NCBI GenBank assembly: GCA_018396725.1 | Contig: JAGTRC010000005.1 | Span: 15,149-79,148 of the forward strand | Length of the DNA: 64,000 nucleotides | DNA from: Candidatus Bathyarchaeota archaeon | Lineage (GTDB): Archaea > Thermoproteota > Bathyarchaeia > 40CM-2-53-6 > DTGE01 | Direction of reading: 5' to 3' | Part shown: positions 28,924 to 38,055 of the stretch, piece by piece | Numbering within the stretch: the stretch's first letter is position 1 | How the letters are laid out: each line of letters begins with the position of its first letter | Notes under the pieces: generated by a model | What the model was told of the DNA's origin: nothing | Databases searched by the model: none | What the model saw: the letters and a program-made list of their open reading frames with translations, nothing else | Translations under genes and position numbers: made by a program

Positions 28924-29490
28924 GTGAAGAGGTGTCGAACTATGGCGAGGCAGCCGGACCCCGCCGTGGAGGAGCTGGACAGGCGTATAGTAGCCCTCAG
29001 GGATAAGGGCCTAAGCTACAGGGAGATAGCCGAGCAGCTGGGAATCCCCGTAAGCAGGTGCAGGCTAGCGGCTAGAAGGGACCACTACCGGAAATACCTC
29101 AGGGAGTACCTCAAGGAGTACAGGAGGAGACACCCAGAATTCTATGAGCGGCTGAAGAGGATGGTGACAGAGAGGTGTAGGCTGAGGCTCCGCACCGACC
29201 CCGAGTTCCGATCCAAGAGGAACAGATACGCGAGGGAGTACAGGAGCTCAATATTCGGGGACAAGGAGCTTCAAAGCCCCTCAGACATCCTGAAGGCCTT
29301 CAAGCATATAGGAGAGGTAATATCCACCAGGACCATGGTCAAGAGGCTTGGAAACCCCACTTACCACCACTTCTACTCCAGGCTCAAGGCGGCGGTGAAG
29401 CAAGGCCTAGTCGAGAGGGTCTCATGGGGCCTCTATAGAGCCAAGGCCCTCGGGAAAGGAGCGAACAGCCAGGCGATCCCCGCAAGCTGA
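28924..29490 (+). CDS. hypothetical Arg-rich HTH DNA-binding protein
   Basis: Sigma-70 region-4/LuxR-like HTH (LRDKGLSYREIAEQLGIPVSRC). The rest is highly basic and no family was assigned. Confidence 0.4.
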   Translation: MKRCRTMARQPDPAVEELDRRIVALRDKGLSYREIAEQLGIPVSRCRLAARRDHYRKYLREYLKEYRRRHPEFYERLKRMVTERCRLRLRTDPEFRSKRNRYAREYRSSIFGDKELQSPSDILKAFKHIGEVISTRTMVKRLGNPTYHHFYSRLKAAVKQGLVERVSWGLYRAKALGKGANSQAIPAS

Positions 29491-30070
29491 AGGAAGGCGA
29501 TGAGCGGACACGCAGCCAACGCCGAGGCGAGATGATCAAGGCGGAAAACCAAGCCCGCTTAAACGCTAAAGGCAATCCATGAAACCCTAATTAATTAATC
29601 GGTTCAATACTCGATCCCGTAAGGCCTGGGTGAAGGCCTTACAACATCCATTTTAGGGTAAGTTGTGGGCCCCGCAGGCCCAAACTCCGCTATAGGCTTC
29701 AAAATGGTTATGGCCCATGGGAGACCCCAACGCAAACCTTAGGGGCTGCTCCCCTTAAACCCCTCCATTTTTTTATCCTACTCGGACCTTGAGGTCTCCA
29801 TTCAGGATCAGGATTATGGGATAATAATCTTGAACTTACAGCCTCCGCCGCCCGAGTAAATGCTTCCATCCGGGTTGCATCCCGCACCGATTTGCGGCCC
29901 TTCCCCGGGCCTATATCGCGGATGGATGCTTGGCTGCCCGTCTCGTCCACGTGACGAACGGATATGCGTTTCCAGGCATCTCCGGGGCCGTTCCTCCATA
30001 ATCATTATAAACATCTTGGCCTCTTGGATTCTAACCGGAGGCTCCTCGGGGCCGACGCGGGGATCCCAAT

Positions 30071-31315
30071 ATGTCCATGTCTAAGGGGTCAGGCAAGGTT
30101 CAACCGGAGGTAAACATCGGTACGTTAGGGCACGTAGATAACGGTAAGAGCACCCTGGTTCAAGCTTTAACCGGCGTGTGGACCGCGAGGCACTCCGAGG
30201 AGCTTAAGAGGGGTATAACCATACGTGTAGGCTACGCGGACGGGCGTTTCTATAGGTGTCCGAACCATGAGCCGCCTGAGGGTTACACCACCGAGGAGAT
30301 ATGCCCGATATGCGGGGGGAAGGCTGAGCTTCTACGCATGGTGAGCTTCGTGGACTGCCCAGGCCATCACAGCCTCATGGTGACAATGCTCTCCGGGGCG
30401 GCTCTGATGGATGGAGCCCTCTTCGTCGCCGCCGCCGACGCCAAGTTCCCCCAGGCCCAGGACCGGGAACACCTGATAGCGGCTGAGATGGCTGGGATAA
30501 GGAACCTCATAGTGATCCAGAACAAGATAGACCTTGTGGATAGGGATCGGGCGGTTGAAAACTACAAGGAGATCAGGGACTTCCTCCAGACAACCATCTA
30601 CGCCGATGCGCCCATCATCCCGGTCTCAGCGCAGCACAAGGTGAACATGGACTCCGTGATATACGCGATTGAACGGTATATTCCAACCCCTAAGAGGGAT
30701 CCGAACGCCGCTCCAAAGATGTATATCTTGAGGTCCTTCGACGTCAATAAGCCCGGCACGGAGGCTGAGGACCTCGTGGGAGGGGTGGTAGGGGGCTCCA
30801 TAGTTCAGGGTATCTTCAGGGTGGGCGACGTAATGGAGATAAGGCCTGGGGTTAGGGTTGAGAAGGACGGTAAACCCTTCTATAAGCCGCTTCAAACGGA
30901 GGTTAGGAGCCTCCAGATAGGCGCTGGACCCGTATCCGAGGCTAGGCCGGGGGGCCTCGTAGGGGTGGGGACCTCCCTGGATCCATCGGTCACGAAATCC
31001 GATAGCCTGGTGGGCAACATAATAGGGAGGGGGGATCTCCCCCCGGTCCTGGATAGGTTAACCCTTAAGGTTAAGCTCTTCGAGAGGATCGTAGGCACCG
31101 AGGAGCTCCTGAAGGTGGAGAAGATAAGGACTGGGGAAGCATTGGTGCTCAACGTGGCTACAGCCGTCACCGCGGGGGTCGTCACGTCCGCCAGGGATGA
31201 GGAGGTGGAGGTATCCTTGAAGAAGCCTGTCTGCGTGGAGGAGGACTCCAAGGTGGCCATCAGCCGCCGCGTAGGCGGGGGATGGCGGCTGATAGGCTAC
31301 GGGGTAACCATCTAA
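30071..31315 (+). CDS. translation initiation factor 2 gamma subunit (aIF2-gamma)
   Basis: GTPase G1 GHVDNGKST, zinc ribbon CPNHEPPEGYTTEEICPICGG, NKID G4 motif, EF-Tu-like domains II and III. Confidence 0.9.
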   Translation: MSMSKGSGKVQPEVNIGTLGHVDNGKSTLVQALTGVWTARHSEELKRGITIRVGYADGRFYRCPNHEPPEGYTTEEICPICGGKAELLRMVSFVDCPGHHSLMVTMLSGAALMDGALFVAAADAKFPQAQDREHLIAAEMAGIRNLIVIQNKIDLVDRDRAVENYKEIRDFLQTTIYADAPIIPVSAQHKVNMDSVIYAIERYIPTPKRDPNAAPKMYILRSFDVNKPGTEAEDLVGGVVGGSIVQGIFRVGDVMEIRPGVRVEKDGKPFYKPLQTEVRSLQIGAGPVSEARPGGLVGVGTSLDPSVTKSDSLVGNIIGRGDLPPVLDRLTLKVKLFERIVGTEELLKVEKIRTGEALVLNVATAVTAGVVTSARDEEVEVSLKKPVCVEEDSKVAISRRVGGGWRLIGYGVTI

Positions 31316-31347
31316 AGTTCTGAGCCTTAAGGAACCCGGATGAGGCC

Positions 31348-31770
31348 ATGGCTTTAAGGATAATCCTCGACGCCAGCATACTCCTATACTCGTTAAGGTT
31401 AGGGATGGATCCCTTCAGGGAGATCGAGGATCTAATCCTTAGAAGGGTGGATTTCATGGTCACAAGATCCACCATGAGGGAGTTGGAGAGACTCAGGGAT
31501 AGGGGTAAGGGGCCGTCGAGGCTGAGTTCCCTCGCGCTCGAACTCTTGGAGAGGAAGGGCTGCACCGTCATATCCGATGGGGATGGGTTGGAGGCGGCAT
31601 CCGTGGACGTAAAGCTTTTGAGGAAGGCCCAGGAGGTCAAGGCGGCCATAGCCACCATGGATGGACCCCTCAGACGCGAGGCCAGGAGGCTTAGAATACC
31701 CGTGATCTCCATGAGGGACAACCGCTTCTACTGCGACCCCCCGGACCCGGAGCTCTGGGGCATCCCTTAA
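31348..31770 (+). CDS. PIN-domain protein of the conserved aIF2-gamma-linked housekeeping family (not a TA toxin)
   Basis: PIN acidic residues (ILDASILLYSL; ISDGDG; ISMRDN). Conserved position between the aIF2-gamma and rpoE genes. Confidence 0.7.
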   Translation: MALRIILDASILLYSLRLGMDPFREIEDLILRRVDFMVTRSTMRELERLRDRGKGPSRLSSLALELLERKGCTVISDGDGLEAASVDVKLLRKAQEVKAAIATMDGPLRREARRLRIPVISMRDNRFYCDPPDPELWGIP

Positions 31771-31938
31771 TGGTCGACCATAGGCGAGGCTAACCGCTAT
31801 AGAGGGATCTGAGTGGCTTGAATCCAGCCCGGGATAACCCCGAGAGAAAGGAAAGGTATTTATATTAACCCTTGAATGGTAGGATTTGAACCTCCTCCAC
31901 CCCGGGGATGGTGGAGAAGTTCTACGGAGAGCGTATAG

Positions 31939-32496
31939 ATGTTCAGGCTATTAACAGTTGAGGATGTCGTGAGGATACCTCCAAACCAGTTCGGGATGCC
32001 GTTGAGCGAGGTGGCTAAGAACCAGATCAAGATGAAATACGAGAACATGGCCGACGATGAGATGGGCTACGTCATACTCATAATCGACGTGGAGGTGGAT
32101 CCCATGGGTAAGATACTCCCAGGGGACGGCTCAACCTATCATAAGGTCACCTTCAAGGCCTTAACCTTCTATCCCGAGGTTCAGGAGGTGGTGGAAGGGG
32201 AGGTGGTGGAGGTGACGGACTTCGGCGCCTTCGTAAGGATTGGACCTGAAGACGCCCTGCTCCACGTATCCCAGGTCCTAGACGACTACTTATCCTTCGA
32301 TCCCAAGAGTGGAACCCTTATGGGGAAGGAGACCGGCAGGAAACTTGGGAAAGGAGACCTGGTCAGGGCTAGGATAATAGCCGTGAGCTTCCCTAAGGGC
32401 GGATCAGGGGGCAAGATAGGGGTGACCATGAGGCAGCCGTTCCTCGGGAAGCTGGAGTGGATCCAAGAGGACGTGAAGAAGCTTCAGGGAGGCTGA
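31939..32496 (+). CDS. rpoE: DNA-directed RNA polymerase subunit E' (Rpo7/RpoE)
   Basis: Rpb7-like N-terminal domain plus S1 domain (GEVVEVTDFGAFVRIG). Confidence 0.85.
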   Translation: MFRLLTVEDVVRIPPNQFGMPLSEVAKNQIKMKYENMADDEMGYVILIIDVEVDPMGKILPGDGSTYHKVTFKALTFYPEVQEVVEGEVVEVTDFGAFVRIGPEDALLHVSQVLDDYLSFDPKSGTLMGKETGRKLGKGDLVRARIIAVSFPKGGSGGKIGVTMRQPFLGKLEWIQEDVKKLQGG

Positions 32497-32503
32497 GCCG
32501 GCT

Positions 32504-32689
32504 TTGACCGATAAGGCCTGCAGGTCATGTAGGACCATAAGCATGGGATCCATCTGCCCCAACTGCAAATCCACGAACCTAAGCGAGGACTGGTCAGGCC
32601 TCGTAATAATATTCGACGTTGAAAACTCCGAGGTAGCACGGAAGATGAAGGCGGAGAAACCCGGGAGATACGCTGTGAGGGTACGCTGA
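32504..32689 (+). CDS. spt4: transcription elongation factor Spt4 / RNA polymerase subunit E''
   Basis: 61 aa with Zn ribbon CRSC...CPNC and Spt4 NGN-binding fold. Directly follows rpoE. Confidence 0.8.
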   Translation: MTDKACRSCRTISMGSICPNCKSTNLSEDWSGLVIIFDVENSEVARKMKAEKPGRYAVRVR

Positions 32690-33038
32690 CCATAGACGCG
32701 GAATAAAAGCGATACGATGCTCAGGAGCCCATCTTTAAAACCCAAATCCCAAGTTTATCTAGGGATTTAACGTCAGCCCCTACCACGTCGCTCCCCTATC
32801 CATCCATGGGATCGCCGACGGCTCACCCTAAGCCGATACGGTGCGACGCCGGGTCTCGCCGCTCGTTACAGGCCTATTCTAGGCCTGGGATTCCCTAGGC
32901 CTCCGCTGATGGGAGGGGGACCGATGGAGGCTTTAGGGGGCCGGTTGAGCCCTGGGCCTGTGAGGAGCCGCCTCGGTATGGCTTAAATAGTTTGGGGGAT
33001 AGGTTCATTACTGGCTCTCCTCGGGGTGGGGAGGGCTG

Positions 33039-33311
33039 ATGGCATTGAGGCCTCCGATAGATCCCAGGGCCTATCTGACTTCCAGGAGGAACGTGAAGGC
33101 GGGTTTGGCTTCGAGGAGCAGGATAATCAGGGCCTTGGAGGAGGGGGAGCCTAAGACCCTGAGGGAGATCAGCGAGGCCGCGGGGCTAAGCTACTCCGCG
33201 GCGGCCCATCACGTAGGACTCCTCCGGGATGAAGGCGTGGTGAGGCCTGAAATGATGGATAGGGTGAAGAGGTGGAGGCTGACGGGGTACGGGCAGCAGC
33301 GCCTAATTTAA
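33039..33311 (+). CDS. winged-helix (ArsR-like) transcriptional regulator
   Basis: SRIIRALEEGEPKTLREISEAAGLSYSAAAHHVGLLRDEGVV matches an ArsR/SmtB HTH. Confidence 0.55.
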   Translation: MALRPPIDPRAYLTSRRNVKAGLASRSRIIRALEEGEPKTLREISEAAGLSYSAAAHHVGLLRDEGVVRPEMMDRVKRWRLTGYGQQRLI

Positions 33312-33335
33312 CCCTTTGCGACCATCTACGATTCT

Positions 33336-33629
33336 TTAGGGTTCTCCGCATTTGCAGGGGATCCGGCCGCATCTAGGGCATCCATCCCCATACTTCTCGG
33401 TGAAGGCTTCCTCCAAGTCTACTCCGATCAGGTTGCATTCGCTGCAGAGCCAGGCCAGTATGTCAGCCGCCTCATCGGCCATGGCCCTCCTATCCCCCCT
33501 CTTAACTATCAAGTTTGATAGTTCGCCCACCTCGGATACTAGCCAGAGCATGGTTCCCAATACACCTCTCTCCGAATCCCTGTGGAGGTAGAGCCTCCTC
33601 ATATGTCCCTGGATCTCCCTTAGCTCCAT
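33336..33629 (-). CDS. MazG-like nucleotide pyrophosphohydrolase with C-terminal Cys cluster
   Basis: EExxE/D motifs (LVSEVGELSNL; ADEAADILAWL) of all-alpha NTP-PPases. C-terminal CPRCGRIPCKCG. Confidence 0.6.
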   Translation of the reverse strand: MELREIQGHMRRLYLHRDSERGVLGTMLWLVSEVGELSNLIVKRGDRRAMADEAADILAWLCSECNLIGVDLEEAFTEKYGDGCPRCGRIPCKCGEP

Positions 33630-33731
33630 GGATCAAAGCCCCTCCGAGACCTGGTTACATCACGGCCTGGAATGTTAATAACTATTTATTTGATGGAAAG
33701 TCATAAATTAGGTTCCAGGCATATCTTGTAG

Positions 33732-35072
33732 ATGTCTATAGGGGATGGGGATTCGATGAACGCCCAGGAATACTATGAGAGGATTTTCACGCTCCTGGAG
33801 GAGCATCATAGATGGTTCTCAGAATCGATCCCTTTGATAGCCAGCGAGAACGTTCCCAGCACGGCTGTGAGGGAGGCTATCATAAGCGATTTCGGGAACC
33901 GTTACGCTGAGGGGTGGCCTGGGGAGAGGGTTTACGCGGGCTGCATCTACATAGATCAGGTGGAGAGCCTCTGCATAGAGTTGGCTAAGGAGCTCTTCAA
34001 AGCCGAGTTCGTGGATGTGAGGCCCACCTCGGGCGTATGCGCGAACCTCGTAGCGTACACCGCCTTCACGAAGCCCGGCGACCTTATAATGGCCCTCTCC
34101 ATACCCAACGGGGGCCATATAAGCTACGGGAAGATGGAGCTTGGGGGGACGGCGGGGGCCGTCAGGGGGCTTAGGCTCGCGTACTTCCCCTTCGACCACG
34201 AGGAGATGAACATAGACGTGGACAAGACCGTGGATAGGATCGAGAAGCTTAAGAAGGAGGGCGACAGGGTCAGCATGGCCATGTTCGGCGCATCGGTGTT
34301 CCTCTTCCCGCATCCAGTGAGGGAGTTGGCGGACTACCTTAAAAGCCAGGATATAACCATCTGCTACGATGCAGCCCACGTGCTAGGCTTGATAGCCGGC
34401 GGGGTGTTCCAGGATCCGTTGAGGGAGGGCGCGGACCTGGTCACCGGCAGCACCCATAAAACCCTATTCGGACCCCAGGGCGGCATAGTGATCTCCTGGG
34501 ACCGCTACGCCGACGCCATTAAAAAGGCCACCTTCCCCGGGAACGTGAGCAACCATCACCTGCACCACCTGGCCGGGAAGGCTGTAGCCTTCGCTGAGAT
34601 GCTGGCCTTCGGCCGGGAATACGCCCGACAAATAGTTAGAAACGCTAAAGCCTTGGGTCAGGCGTTGCACGAGAGGGGCTTCCAGGTCCTAGGCGAAAAG
34701 AAGGGCTTCACCGAATCCCATACGATACTCGTCGATATAACGAGGTACGGCGATGGAAGGAGCATAGAGAAGAGGCTTGAGGAGGCCAACATAATCCTGA
34801 ACAGGAACCTCCTCCCCTACGATCTTAAATTCGGCCGCCACTTCGAAGCCCCAGGCGGCATAAGATGCGGCCTCTCGGAGTGCACTAGGCTCGGGATGAG
34901 GGAGAGCGACATGGACCAGATAGCTGAGTTCATGGAGAAGATAATAATTAAAGGCGAGGACCCCGCCAAGGTGAAGGGGGAGGTGGCGGAGTTCCGTAGA
35001 AACTTCACCAAGATCCATTACGCCTTCGAAACCGGTAAAAACGCCTACGAATACTTCAGGCTTAGAACCTAA
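33732..35072 (+). CDS. glyA: serine hydroxymethyltransferase
   Basis: PLP-lysine region TGSTHKTLFGPQGG and overall SHMT sequence. Confidence 0.9.
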   Translation: MSIGDGDSMNAQEYYERIFTLLEEHHRWFSESIPLIASENVPSTAVREAIISDFGNRYAEGWPGERVYAGCIYIDQVESLCIELAKELFKAEFVDVRPTSGVCANLVAYTAFTKPGDLIMALSIPNGGHISYGKMELGGTAGAVRGLRLAYFPFDHEEMNIDVDKTVDRIEKLKKEGDRVSMAMFGASVFLFPHPVRELADYLKSQDITICYDAAHVLGLIAGGVFQDPLREGADLVTGSTHKTLFGPQGGIVISWDRYADAIKKATFPGNVSNHHLHHLAGKAVAFAEMLAFGREYARQIVRNAKALGQALHERGFQVLGEKKGFTESHTILVDITRYGDGRSIEKRLEEANIILNRNLLPYDLKFGRHFEAPGGIRCGLSECTRLGMRESDMDQIAEFMEKIIIKGEDPAKVKGEVAEFRRNFTKIHYAFETGKNAYEYFRLRT

Positions 35073-35432
35073 ACTTAATATGCTTCTTGAACCTCGCCCA
35101 TGCCGTTCATCGGAGGCTTCCGTTGCACCCGAAGCCCTAAAATATTTTTAAATTATCCCATCTGATACAGGGGCATCCACCTCTCCAGTGTAGAAGGGTG
35201 GCCATTGGAAGTTCGAGCGCCGCTGGGCACCTTAAATTCTCGAAGATGCGGGTAGGGTAGGCCCAGCCGGGGAGGGCGTCCATCCAAGGGGCGCCCCTAT
35301 CTAAACTCAGCTCCTGAAATCCGGCCTTCGGCGCGTCCGGCGGGGCCAACCCTGTAGTGCACGGGATGGATTTAAATAAGCCCCCGAGAAGTATGGATTA
35401 CCGGACAAGCCTGATTAGGGGGGGAGCTCTGG

Positions 35433-35606
35433 ATGAGCAAGAGGGAGAAGCGGCGTAGGAGGGAGGCCCCAATGCCCGCGGCCAGCGCAGGCCTCCTCAG
35501 GTTCTTCGAGGAGGAGACGGAGGGGATAAAGGTGCGGCCTGAAATACTCCTGGCAATGGCTGTAGGGCTCATAGCCCTGAGCATCGTGGTATACTTAACC
35601 CCCTGA
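35433..35606 (+). CDS. preprotein translocase subunit Sec61-beta (SecG-like); below the ORF-track size cutoff
   Basis: 57 aa: MSKREKRRRREAPMPAASAGLLRFFEEETEGIKVRPEILLAMAVGLIALSIVVYLTP. Basic N-terminus, the conserved AGLLRFFEE motif and a single C-terminal TM helix. Confidence 0.7.
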   Translation: MSKREKRRRREAPMPAASAGLLRFFEEETEGIKVRPEILLAMAVGLIALSIVVYLTP

Positions 35607-35642
35607 AATGCTGGATGCGGATGGGGGGAGGCCCCCAACCGG

Positions 35643-36641
35643 TTAGACGTATTCCCATAGTTCCCTCTGGGAGATCCATGGTATGGGCTTCGAGTCCACT
35701 CCTCGCCTCCTGATATGCTCCGAGAACTCCCTGGCGAAGCCTGTGAACACGTATACTCTCCTAGCGCCTGTGTCTTCAACGTATCTGCTCAGCTGGTTGA
35801 AGTCTGCATGTCCGCTGAGGGGGAAGCCCGCCACGTTTGGATCCCTCATCCTCAGAGCCCATCCCGTCGCCCTGGCCTCGGAGAATCCACCGTGGTATAG
35901 ATGCCTCCGGCTCGTCACGTATATGAACGGCTTAACCTTATCGTAGGGTTCGTCCCGGATGGCCTCCCAGCCCAGGTTCAGCCCATCATCGTTGCATACG
36001 TTGTTCACCGCGTCTATCTTGGGATCGACCGCCACGGGTATCCTGGTGTACTCGTTGAAGAGCTTGACTATCTCCTGGGCTTTACCTGCAGCGTAAACCC
36101 TGAAGCAGGGGGTCCTCCCCCTCCTCACCTCCTCCAAAGCCCATTTCACGATGCTGGAGTAAACGGTGCTTCTGGGAGGGAAATTGTAGAGGGGGGAGCC
36201 GTAGGTGGCCTCCATGACGAGTACGTCGCATTCCCTAGGCTCCGCAGCCTTCACTACGAGGCTGTCCACGTAGTTCATGTCCCCGGTGTAGAGTATTATT
36301 GATTCAGGGGTTACTATCCTGAACTGGACCGCACCTACCATATGGCCTGAGTTCAACGCCTCCACTTCTACGTCTCCGATCCTCAGGGAGGAGTTAGGCG
36401 GAACCTCCCTGAAGTTTCCGACGCTCCGGCCTGTTAAAGCCTCGAAGATCCTCCGGGTCTCAGCCGTGGAGACCTTCAGGTTGGGCGCGTTGAAGCCCCT
36501 GGTGTGATCCGCATGGGCATGGGATATCAAGGCCACCGCATCCCTTGGAAGATGGGGGCTCGTGGGATCCACGACCAACCTTGTCTCGCCGGTTTGGATC
36601 TGTAAACCGTTAAGCCAGCCTATCTTCACGGGGCTCCGCAT
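35643..36641 (-). CDS. metallo-beta-lactamase-fold hydrolase with beta-CASP-like motifs (probable nuclease)
   Basis: HAHADH motif 2, SGHMVGA, YTGD, MEATYG (motif A) and C-terminal LSGHAD (motif C). Start taken at internal Met; the ORF track extends it to 36683. Confidence 0.6.
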   Translation of the reverse strand: MRSPVKIGWLNGLQIQTGETRLVVDPTSPHLPRDAVALISHAHADHTRGFNAPNLKVSTAETRRIFEALTGRSVGNFREVPPNSSLRIGDVEVEALNSGHMVGAVQFRIVTPESIILYTGDMNYVDSLVVKAAEPRECDVLVMEATYGSPLYNFPPRSTVYSSIVKWALEEVRRGRTPCFRVYAAGKAQEIVKLFNEYTRIPVAVDPKIDAVNNVCNDDGLNLGWEAIRDEPYDKVKPFIYVTSRRHLYHGGFSEARATGWALRMRDPNVAGFPLSGHADFNQLSRYVEDTGARRVYVFTGFAREFSEHIRRRGVDSKPIPWISQRELWEYV

Positions 36642-36775
36642 TAATGGGCCTCCCTTTAAACCGTGAGCCGGGTTAACCCTCAACCATCGAGCGGGGCAAG
36701 GCTAAAGCTCATCGATTTAAATAAACGGTGATGATTATATAAGCTGTTGCAGCGCGGGGCTGGTAGGCGGTAGGC

Positions 36776-37249
36776 TTGAAGCTGGATAAACTGGATTTAA
36801 AGATACTGCGCATAATCCAGGAGAACTGTAAGTTGAGCGCCAGGGAGATAGCCTCCCAGCTGGACGTACCTATAACCACCGTCTACAGCAGGATTAAACG
36901 GATGGAGGATTCAGGCCTAATAAAGGGGTATAGGGCCCTCCTAGACCCTAAGAAGATCGGGAAAGGCGCCACAGCCTTCATCCTGGCCTCAGTAGCCTAT
37001 ACGGATCCCAGACGCTCCGATATCATCTCCCAGAGGGAGGTGGCGGAGAAGGTATCCAAGTTCCCTGAGGTTCAGGAGGTCCATATAATATCGGGGGACT
37101 GGGATCTACTCATCAAGGTTAGAGCCGAGGACGTGGACATGGTTGGAAGCTTCGTGGTGGATAAGCTTAGAACCGTCGAAGGCATAGAGAAAACCCTCAC
37201 CTGCATGGTGTTCAATACGCTTAAAGAAGAAACCTCCATAAACCTGTGA
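36776..37249 (+). CDS. Lrp/AsnC-family transcriptional regulator
   Basis: LDLKILRIIQENCKLSAREIASQLDVPITTVYSRIKRMEDSGLIKGY HTH plus RAM domain. Confidence 0.85.
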   Translation: MKLDKLDLKILRIIQENCKLSAREIASQLDVPITTVYSRIKRMEDSGLIKGYRALLDPKKIGKGATAFILASVAYTDPRRSDIISQREVAEKVSKFPEVQEVHIISGDWDLLIKVRAEDVDMVGSFVVDKLRTVEGIEKTLTCMVFNTLKEETSINL

Positions 37250-37347
37250 GTTCACACCCTGGATAACGTGGAGATAGGCGTTTAAAAGTGGAGGAGAGGT
37301 AGAGGGGATCCGCCGGGGCGGCTGTCCTCCTCCCCTACGTTCATCCC

Positions 37348-37875
37348 TCAAAGGTATGGGATTATGGTCTGCGGGTAACGTTTCATCAGGATGCTCTCAA
37401 GCTCCGATCTAAGCTTCAGATCTAATTCCCTGCTCCTCTGGGATATAAGCCCTACAGGCCGCATGTAATGTATCATGGGTCCCTGAACGATCATCCCCAT
37501 GTCATTGGCCAGGCTGCTCAACGGGACCGGCCTCGTATCCATTATCTCCTCGATCAGCTTCTTAAGGGAATCCTCAGGATCCCTCAACACTTCCTCAAGC
37601 CTGTCCTGCGGCACCGGCCTGAACCCGAAATCCGGGGTGTTCGGGAGGCTGGACGAGGCCTTTCTATCCTTAACCTTTAGCGCGTAGCCTACGCTCTTAA
37701 ACGGGTTTATGTGATGCTCCTTAATCATCCAGACGTCCGATCCATGTATTATGAGGAGGTCATAGTATCCCTTGGGGTCCTTGGCTGAGAAGACCCTCCA
37801 GCCCTTAGGATCCCTATTATACTTCTCCAGGATCTCCCTTCTAGCCTCTTCAGCGGTGGTCCTCTTACCCGCCAT
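37348..37875 (-). CDS. hypothetical protein
   Basis: ORF of 175 aa. A faint restriction-endonuclease-fold-like pattern (YYDLLIIHGSDVWMIKEH) is not convincing. Confidence 0.35.
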   Translation of the reverse strand: MAGKRTTAEEARREILEKYNRDPKGWRVFSAKDPKGYYDLLIIHGSDVWMIKEHHINPFKSVGYALKVKDRKASSSLPNTPDFGFRPVPQDRLEEVLRDPEDSLKKLIEEIMDTRPVPLSSLANDMGMIVQGPMIHYMRPVGLISQRSRELDLKLRSELESILMKRYPQTIIPYL

Positions 37876-38055
37876 TATGAATCACAGCATAGTAAATGTT
37901 AACTGATGAATTTTAAGGTTATGGAGAGATCATGAAGAGCTTCCAATGAAAGGTTTTGTGGCGCCCAGCCTGGCATAGGCGCGCCGGCTTCAGGGGAGAT
38001 AATGGGATCCCATGCGCGGGTCTGATAGCGGCTGAGAGGGTTCGGCGGCGGAGGC

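Noticed and set aside
31868-31960. tRNA-like T-loop sequence (ggatttgaacc) and hairpin between the PIN gene and rpoE
   Set aside because: No acceptor or anticodon stems can be formed on either strand. It is better explained as a terminator/attenuator hairpin (ctccacc-ccggggat-ggtggag).
32690-33038. 350-bp GC-rich non-coding gap after spt4, as a possible ncRNA
   Set aside because: No hairpins, box motifs or ORFs were recognised by eye, so the evidence is insufficient to call anything. It remains a candidate for an Rfam scan.
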